Position numbers and translations under genes: made by a program. The notes under the pieces are model-generated. The model did no database searches. It was not told the DNA's origin and was given only the letters and a program-made list of their open reading frames with translations. This document shows, in pieces, positions 55,514 through 64,000 of a DNA stretch of 64,000 nucleotides; within the stretch, counting starts at the first letter, position 1, and each line of letters begins with the position of its first letter. The stretch covers positions 24,476,795 to 24,540,794 of the forward strand of contig NC_092670.1 in assembly GCF_964355755.1 (NCBI RefSeq). Direction: 5' to 3'. Source of the stretch: Antedon mediterranea (taxonomy: Eukaryota > Animalia > Echinodermata).

Positions 55514-57827
55514 ATTCATTTGATTTAGTATTTAATGGGTGAATTTAGGATCAATCTGTTATGAGATTATTAGTAGACCGACTAATTATAAGTGAATAAT
55601 TGTTATACATTTTTTCCGACGGTTATTTTACATACTATTTTTTCAACTTTTGTCTAGGCCCACTGGTATCATATATTTATTTTAATTTTATTTCATTAAT
55701 TAATTTATTTTTATTTATCTTTTAATTAATTTGTAAAGGCAATCCCTCCACAAGAGTCTAATTATTTTGGGATCCTGTCTTCGTCCATTTTTCTAAATTA
55801 TCTCTTGCCATTATTATTTTTGTTACTTTTTGTCTTTTGGACGTAAATACATGTATTTTGAACTGAATTGAATACATCATGGACGAAAAAATCAATAAAT
55901 CATTTCCTACATGTCATGAACTTACTTTGCTATTTTGGCGATTTCATATCCACCATCAATATTTGATTCACCAGCAGCTACAGCGGCTGACAGTAGCAGT
56001 TTGGATTTACCAGTGTCTGCAGCCTCCTTGTCATACGCAGCACGGAGTTCCTATCAAAATAGTACAATCGATTGATTAATGTACTGTATTCATAATTCAT
56101 ATTTAATTTACCGATCAATCATGAACCTGTAGATTGGCAGATCGATGACGATAAAGTTAGTAATCAATTATAAGTTTACCAATACATTGAGATTATGGTT
56201 GTAAGGAAAATTAATAATATATAGTTTATATTTATTTATATTATATCTATTTATAATTATGAATTATATATCAACCCGACAAACGTTCTAATATGAATTT
56301 TAAAATCACTTTGAATTATTTCCATAATAATTATTGAAAATGATAGTTTGTCAATCATTCACAGCGCTTTAGCATTTAATCCTAAATAATGTCATCTTAC
56401 CTGAACCAAAAGTGTGAAACGTTGTTTATCCTCTGGAGGGCTCCCTCTAGCCCCTGGATATTCCCAATCAAAAATCCAATCCATCGAAGTTACGTTCTCT
56501 TAAGAATGTAATCGAGTGAGAGATAAACTTCGCTCGACTAGCCTCCGTTGCCACCATCACCGTGAAGTCAGCAGATCCCATGTTCCAGCCGCCGACAGCG
56601 AGTGTAACTTTCAGGTTGTTTTTCGTATTTTTCCAGTTAATTACCTGTCAATCGAATAATAGGAAAAAACCGAAATAATAATAACAATGTTAATATAATA
56701 AAATAGAAGATTGATCAGATATCATATCATATATCAGATATAAGCCCTATCTGAAGAGGTTTTTTAGCCGGCTGAAGGCGACTAAATTTCGATAAAGCCG
56801 TTAACATTACCGTATAGATTTACAGGTTTTCATTTATTATACCAGGTGTACACTATAAAAAGACGGAAAATGCGGTGGTGCGAACACATTAATTCACTTA
56901 TGTATTATCTTACGGACGGTATAATTAGTAATTTTCTAATATCTTATCTCTAATCTCTACATAGAGCCCAGTACCAGTAGTAGACATTGAAATGCATGTA
57001 CATCTGGATATTATGATCATTGTTTATCAAAAAAACGAGGGAAATTGCATCTAAACTTTCGTGATTATTAGAAGAGTATGTCTTATAAGGCTTACCTGTT
57101 CATACATACCATCTGACCAGTCCGTAGATTCGTCATTCCATTCAAATGGTTCTAATACTCCGTTTGCCATTTTGGCAAAGGAGTAAACTATGTGGGTACA
57201 AAGGAAGGGGTCAATATTAGCGGGTGTGTACTTGGCAACACCCGATTGATACTGAACCCAATTTGTGTAGTAACATATACGTTTGTATCCCTCGATACAT
57301 TCTGTACAAAATAAAAAGGAAAATTAGGAAATGAATATTATTCTTATTAACAGAGAAGAGTTATAATTAGTAATGCAACATCTGCTCCTAATTGCGTTAG
57401 TGTCAACTCAGACAGCGTCGTACGACGAGCAGGGGCGGACGCAGGGGTGTTGCTCCAGTTGCCCGGGCAACACCCTCAATTTTATACAAAATATTTTTCA
57501 TCACTATTAAAGATCCCATTTCATATGTCATATCTATAATATCTATATATAACGGCTGTCAGAGAATATTGTATTGACCACAGCAGCGTACGTTTTAACC
57601 AACATTCAATTATACCACCAGTGTTTTAAAGTCTTAACACGCGTGGATTTGTGTCTCTAACAGAGCAGCACAGATCTTATGACTGGTGTAACGCCATGTC
57701 TTTTTTGCCTCACCTGTAAGTGTTTAAGATCAACACCGAGCAATTGTTTAAAACTGTTTCTCTCACCCTCATTTCCCATCCCTTTAATTTCTGGTGTGGT
57801 GGATCGAGAATTTCAAGATACGAATTA

Positions 57828-58035
57828 AGGCCAACTCAGACAGCGTCGTATGACGAGGCCCGACGTGTCGTCTCGTCGGGAGAAAATTAAACATATTTAT
57901 AGTTCTCGCAAAGACCTAAAAACTACGCCCGACGCTATCGCAAGGCGACTCGTTTCGTTGGGATTCAACTCAGATAGCACCGACGTCGAGTCAAGACGTT
58001 TCGTCGTGCCTCGTCGTACAACACTGTCTGAGTAG
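57828..58035. mobile_element. Harbinger-like MITE (partial second copy at ~57405)
   Basis: ACTCAGACAGCGTCGTATGACGAGGC .. GCCTCGTCGTACAACACTGTCTGAGT inverted repeats. Confidence 0.6.
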
Positions 58036-58704
58036 AATATTGAGTCCACAACCTTATATTGTTAGAATAATTGAAAACATAAGAAAGGTTTTGTCAAGTT
58101 TAAATTTAGAGTAGAACTAGAAGGCGAGAATGTTAAATTTTAATTTTCATAACTTATATGGTCAACAAATTTTAGTCTAAATGTAACAATGACTGACTAT
58201 GAAAAATAAGCCTGATCATCTTGCAACCTTATTTTATACATTTATTTAGGGAAGTAAAATTTCATTTTTTCCTGATTTGTTAAAATGTTAACATCATTCG
58301 ACTCACTCGTCGACGCATGGAATTTCGATTTCTACCACTCCATATTTCGAAACTGGAAGTCAAAATGTGTCTTCCCTCTCATGTTTAATTTACTTTAATT
58401 GCTTTAAACTTAACTTACCCGCAAAGCTGAAGAAGATAACTGCAACAAAAATGAACGCCCTCATCTCGGTAAATATGCCTATAGGCCTAAAAGAAAAGAA
58501 AACATCCACATGCATCGTTTACAGTAAATGAAAATATAGGTTTAGAAATACAGTTTAACGAATTGTATAACGGCCGAAGATACAAATAATGAAACTAAAA
58601 CATAGGATATCACGTTGACGCGCTGGTATGTTTTCCTATGCGTTGTAAAAGAGTTACAAGTAGACTATACTACACACAATCATAAAGAACACAGTTATAC
58701 TTAC

Positions 58705-58775
58705 CTGCTGATGATCGATTCTCAAAATTGATATTAATTGTTCAAATTTTGTTTTTAATGTCCTTTTTATATACT
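58705..58775 (-). promoter_or_regulatory. TATA box and non-coding first exon of chitinase 2
   Basis: TATATAAAAAGG at ~58762-58773 and donor CAG|GTAAGT at ~58705. Confidence 0.6.
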
Positions 58776-61700
58776 TTTGATAAGTGTGCGTTTACATAAT
58801 CATATCGAGGCATCGCGCAACATATTATGTTGTTATTGGATTTTTGTGGGAAAACCACCACACCACCCAAAATTGTGTCACGTAGAGATGTGTATTTTAT
58901 GTAGATTAATGTTAAGCTTCCAATACTAATGGATCATGGGATGCAAAGCTGAACAAAGATTTTCTTTTTATAAACTTGTACTCAAGTATGTCTTCCATTG
59001 TTCCATTGTAAAAGTTATGATTTTTTTCTTAAGATCTTAATTTAAGATTAGGATCTTAAGGCTACAGGAAATAAACTTTTCTCTGTAAGATCCCTGCAAA
59101 CTATATTATGAGTGAAAGAGAGTTTGTACGTTTGTTTGTGTGTTTGTTTGTTCGTTGTTACTGCACATAACCTTACATATTGGGTATCAAAATGACCGGA
59201 ATTGTACCGGGAATGTTCTAAACTACATTTCAACATCATCCGCCATCTAGGATCAAAATTAGAAGGGCCAAAGTGTGGTCAAAATGGCCCACTTTTCCCC
59301 ACTATCGATGTTTATTCGTTATAAAAATTTCTGTTTCTGCACGTAACCATACATAAGACCGCAATTGTACCGGGAAGGTTTTAAACTACATTTAAAAAAT
59401 TCCCCGAAACCGGGTTTTTTTGGGGTGGGGGGGGGGGGGTGGGGGGGGGGGTAGGGGCTGGGAGATGGAGATACTGGAATTTGGAGGTAATAGAAGTACA
59501 ACATAGGCCTAATTGGAACTGTACTGGGAAACGTTACTACATTTGAACTGGTTTTTTGGTAATTGTGGCGCGGGACGGGGAGAGGAGAAATAATGTAGGC
59601 TGGGGAAGAGGTAATTCAGCGGTATCCAAATTAGATATTTTAGCCAACGATCAGCTATGTATCGCCCTCTTTAAGACGCTAAAGTTGTTGAATTGTGTCC
59701 ACAATTGTACCTGGAAACTATATTTCAACACCATCTGCCATCGTGGATCCAAGTTTGGTGGGATAGGGTGTGGAAGTTGGGGTTGAGGGGATAGTGGGGA
59801 TTTTGCTTAGGTTAGGGCTGGTAGGCTATCAAATTGACCAGATTTGTGTGGTAAGAAATTATATTTTAATCATCCCTGGGAATGGGCTGAGAGTTTGGAG
59901 TGGGTATGTAGGGAATGGGAATGTTTTAAACTGCCACTGAGGGATTATGGGTTGGGAGTGATGGCTAACATAATTTGAACTGGAAACGTCACACATCACC
60001 CAGTATCTGGGGTGTTGGAAAAGTTACTATATTTGAACTGTCCATGGGAGGAGTTAGGTTTGTTGATTGTGGTTGGGATGGTGAGAGGAGAAAGAAGGCT
60101 GGGGGCCGCAGTATCAAAATTAGATATTTTAATTATCAGCCAATATGACACCTTATATTCATTTACACAGTTTACAACGTACTGAAAACATAGGCCTATC
60201 ATAGCTATGTATACCCCTCTCATTTTTAAGCTAAAGTTGAATTGAAATTTGTCCTGGGAAGAACTTAAAAAATAGTGGGGTATTAACAGGCAAAAAAAAA
60301 GCTTCACATGCAGATGTCCTTACCATTAGACCACTGGGGCTTTCATGGTATTGTTCAAACTCGATTGGATAGCGACTCTTTCACACTCTCGGTGTGGTAT
60401 TGTTGAATAATGTGAATCGAAATACAACACCATTATGACACAATTACAATGCTCGGTTTTTCTGTTTCGAGGATCAGTTTAAATTACTCCAGTTGTGGCG
60501 GGGAGGGGTTCGGTGGGAAAGGCCTGAGATAATTTTCAATATCGCCAGAAGCTTCTTTAGTTCTTTGACGACATCCATGGTTTGCCGTTCCAATAAAGAA
60601 ACGTTTAACGTATTATACGCATAATCAAAAAAGATTCTTGTTTTCAAAGTTTTTGCTTACTTTGGGTAATCAATTGTTTATTCTAGTTATTATCTTTATA
60701 ATTATTCATTAGATAGCCATTGCATCTGTTGTCGAAATTATCAATTTATTTACTTCGTCCTAACAACAACTTTTGAATTCACAAGTTTCTACAGACGCTT
60801 ATCATGGCTGTGTACCAATTGGCATAAACACTTCTCGTCGTTATACATTGTTATATTTTCTGTAGGACATTGGTATTTTGTATCCCAAATGTCAATGTAA
60901 ATGTCTGGGAATGCAACTCACAGTGTACTGGGCTGAAAGCGCACAGGTGGTGTTGACGACATACCGTACCACACATTTCTTCTCCCTTTAGTTTATTGGA
61001 TTTAGCTAAAAAATCCCTTGTTGAAAACAAATTGCAAGAAAGAAGTGTTTTTATATGAAATAGGTTCTTTGGACACTACAGAATACACCTCTATAAGCGT
61101 TAGGACGTTATTCGTATCCGGACAACTCTACTGCCATACTTTGAGAAAATCGCTTAACTACATTTTTTTTCGAAATTAAGATTTTTGTCTTATATGACTC
61201 TGGGGGTAGACTCAAAATATTTCTATAAATATGAAATTTATGATAATAAGTATTATTATTGTTGCTTATCTACAAACACCTATTGAAATAATTTGACAAA
61301 AGGCCTCAACTACAGTAATTGACCAATCAGATAACAGTATGATGAATAATTATAATGAGGCAGATTAATGCTCTTAGGAGAAAGCCTTTTTCATATATTT
61401 TGTAAATTGTTTACAAATTACCTGATCTAAATTACAGTTATAATTTATTTTAACTAAAGTTACAAAATGTTTTGGTAAATTTTTATAAAAAATCAAACAA
61501 ATTAACCGCAAAAATGCCCTGTTTTCGAAGTATAATTCCCGGCCATGTTTAAGTACAAATAATTTGATAAAAGGCTTTATCTGCAATTTGACACCCCCCC
61601 CCCCCCACCACCACTAAAAAAAAACAAATAAAAAAAATAATAATTGAAAATGTTGTCAGATATTTTTTAATAATTTACGTTTGAAATATATTCATTTGAA

Positions 61701-61959
61701 AATAAAATATACTACATGAACTTTTGTAATGAAGAACAAAAACACATTTTGGTCAAATACTCAAAGGTAGCTTTTTATAGATAAGCCCTTTTCTCAAAGT
61801 ACAGCAGTATACCCTCTGGACAATTACCACCCAGACAACTACCACCCTGACAACTACTACCCGGACAACTACCTCCTAGGGCAACTACCACCCGGACAAT
61901 TACCCCCTAGGGCAATCACCCCTAGGATAACTACCAACTAGGACAACTAGAGGGATATA

Positions 61960-62220
61960 GGGAGCCCTCCAGAGGTTAAACAACGTTTCACATTTTTGGT
62001 TCAGGTAAGATGACATTATTTAGGATTAAATTCTAAAGTGCTCTGAATGATTAACAATTTGAAGTGATTTTAAAATTCGGCTTAGTATAATGCATAATTA
62101 TAAATACTAAATAGATATATAAATAATAAATATAAACTAAATATTATTAATTTTCCATACAACCATAATCCCAATGTTTTGGTAAATTTATAATTGATTA
62201 CTAACTTAATCGTCATCGAC
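61960..62220 (+). pseudogene. Inverted chitinase exon end plus intron fragment
   Basis: GSPPEVKQRFTFLVQ|GTAAGATGAC and the following intron match the reverse complement of ~56145-56445. Confidence 0.85.
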
Positions 62221-63378
62221 CATACGTTTCTTCTCCCCTTAGACAATCTATTATTATTTAGTATGATATTAGATACTACAGATTGTTTTGCGTTACATAT
62301 AACATCTGTTCTAGACCATACTGATCACATTTTAACTAAATTATTATTATATTACAACAATAATTTTAAAAAACAAAATTATTTAGCATAAAATGGTCCA
62401 GAAAAAGTCAAGTGTAACATAATACGAATGAAAAAGGCAATTAATTAAAAATATATTGTCCCCTTAAAAAGCATTATTATTATTATTGTTTTAATATTCC
62501 ATTTTAATGTCACATAATAATAGTTATTCACTTATTGTACGCCAAATCGCCAAAACAAAACATTCACCTGAAAACTGTAGGCCCTACCTAATCTAACAAA
62601 ACAGTCAAATTGTCAGACAATGCTAACTCAATCGTCATCGATCAGCCAATCTACTCAGTGGTGTGGACGACATAGCGTACCACACTCCCTTAGTTCATGG
62701 GATTTAGCTAAAAAAATGACACTTTTTGAAAGCAAATTGCAAGAAAGAAAGGTTTTTATATGAAATAGGTTCTTTGGACCCTACAGAATACATCTATAAA
62801 CGTTAGGACGTTATTCGTATCCGGACAACTACCCCTATTGGACAACTAACAACAGGGGCTGTGAGATGGACAAGTACAACAATTAAAAAAATACAGCGAT
62901 ATAAAGATATTATCTTTATAATTATTCATTAGATAGCCATTGCATCTGTTGTCGAAATTATCAATACTCAAATACAGATAATAAACTGTATTTACTTCAT
63001 CCTAATAACAATTATTGTGTTTACACAAACAACTGTTGAATTCACAAGTTTCGCTTATCATGGCTGTGTACCAAATGGCATAAACACTTCTCGTTATACA
63101 TTGTTATATTTAATTTCTGTAGGACATTGGTATTTTGTATCCCTGATGTAAATTTAAATGTCTGAATTTATATGAAATAGGTTCTTTGGACCCTACAGAA
63201 TACACGTATCCGGACAACCACCACCCGGACGCTTTTTTTTTCCTATCCAATTAAGCCAGAAATCATGAATAATTAATTACCTTCTATTTTCTATTATTAA
63301 GAATTGCAAGATAGTTGATCTACTTCCTAAATATACTGAACCTAACCCTCTAAATAATCTCTCAAATATTACAAACAA

Positions 63379-63697
63379 CCCTCCAGAGGATAAACAACGT
63401 TTCACACTTTTGGTTCAGGTAAGATGACATTATTTAGGATTAAATGCTAAAGCGCTCTGAATGATTAACAAACTATAATTTTCAATAATTATTATCGTGG
63501 AAAGAATTCAAAATTGATTTTAAAATTCATATTAGAACGTTTGTCGGTTTAGTATAATGCATTATGAATACTAAATAGATATATAGATAACAAATATAAA
63601 CTAAATATTATTAATTTTCCTTACAACCATAATCGCAATGTTTTGGTAAATTTATAATTGATTACTAACTTAATCATCATCGATCTGCCAAGTCTAC
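63379..63697 (+). pseudogene. Second inverted chitinase exon end plus intron fragment
   Basis: [13 protein letters not shown]|GTAAGATGAC and intron match the reverse complement of ~56128-56440. Confidence 0.88.
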
Positions 63698-64000
63698 TCA
63701 GTGGTGTGGACGACATACCGTACCATACGTTTCTTCTCTCCTTAGTTCATGTGATAGCTAAAAAAAATACCTTTTTAAAAACAAATTGCAAGAAGAAAGG
63801 TTTTTATATGAAATAGGTTCTTTGGACCCTACAGAATACATCTATAAATGCGTATCCGGATATTCACCCCCTGGACATTTACCCCCCGGAAAACTACCCC
63901 CCGGACAACCACCACCTGGACAACTACCCCCTTAGGACAACTACCCCTTTAGGACAACTACCCCCCGGACAAATACCACCCCCCGGACAACAAACCCCTT

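Larger units (their letters stand above)
51584..58464 (-). pseudogene. GH18+CBM14 chitinase copy 2, probably a pseudogene
   Basis: Same exon structure as copy 1 (ATG 58464, TAA 51584). The catalytic exon has lost its splice acceptor and first codons (~56620) and has a +1 T in the DxDxE motif (GAT TTTT GAT TGG GAA, ~56470). Confidence 0.85.
60690..64000. repeat. Complex segmental tandem repeat with GGACAACTACCCC minisatellites and captured chitinase fragments
   Basis: Block AGTGGTGTGGACGACATA..AAATAGGTTCTTTGGAC..CGTATCCGGACAA recurs at ~60945, ~62657 and ~63699 (partial at ~63170). 15-17 bp GGACAACTACC units at 61817-61950 and 63870-64000. Confidence 0.85.

Noticed and set aside
59319-60307. 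Pro/Gly-rich ORFs upstream of chitinase 2
   Set aside because: They arise from G-rich low-complexity repeat sequence with no protein family signal.

Overview
AT-rich, intron-containing animal genomic DNA, probably a marine invertebrate; frequent TAGGCCTA words suggest an echinoderm (weak inference). Left half (1-28.1 kb): an apparently intact 9-exon, ~843-aa gene on the - strand encoding a Sola1/DUF7869-type DD(D/E) transposase-like protein. It sits head-to-head with a + strand multi-exon gene encoding a ParB/Srx-like domain plus what looks like the C-terminal remnant of an amino-DNA-methyltransferase. The pair is bracketed at both outer ends by otherwise unrelated tandem arrays that share the 17-bp palindrome GTCATAAA-N-(T/A)TTATGAC, suggesting one large (>28 kb) two-gene DNA transposon. 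The 14 kb between the genes holds nested insertions: a tRNA-SINE, a Merlin element with an 8-bp TSD, Penelope-like remnants with hammerhead motifs, and a LINE. Middle: decayed LINEs, MITEs and an LRR-GPCR (GRL101/RXFP-like) pseudogene fragment. Right half: two tandem GH18+CBM14 chitinase genes on the - strand (one intact, one disrupted) with an apparent gene-conversion tract, a perfect ~700-bp intronic palindrome, and inverted chitinase exon/intron fragments inside an upstream repeat array. Coordinates and gene models were read by eye; no database searches were run.
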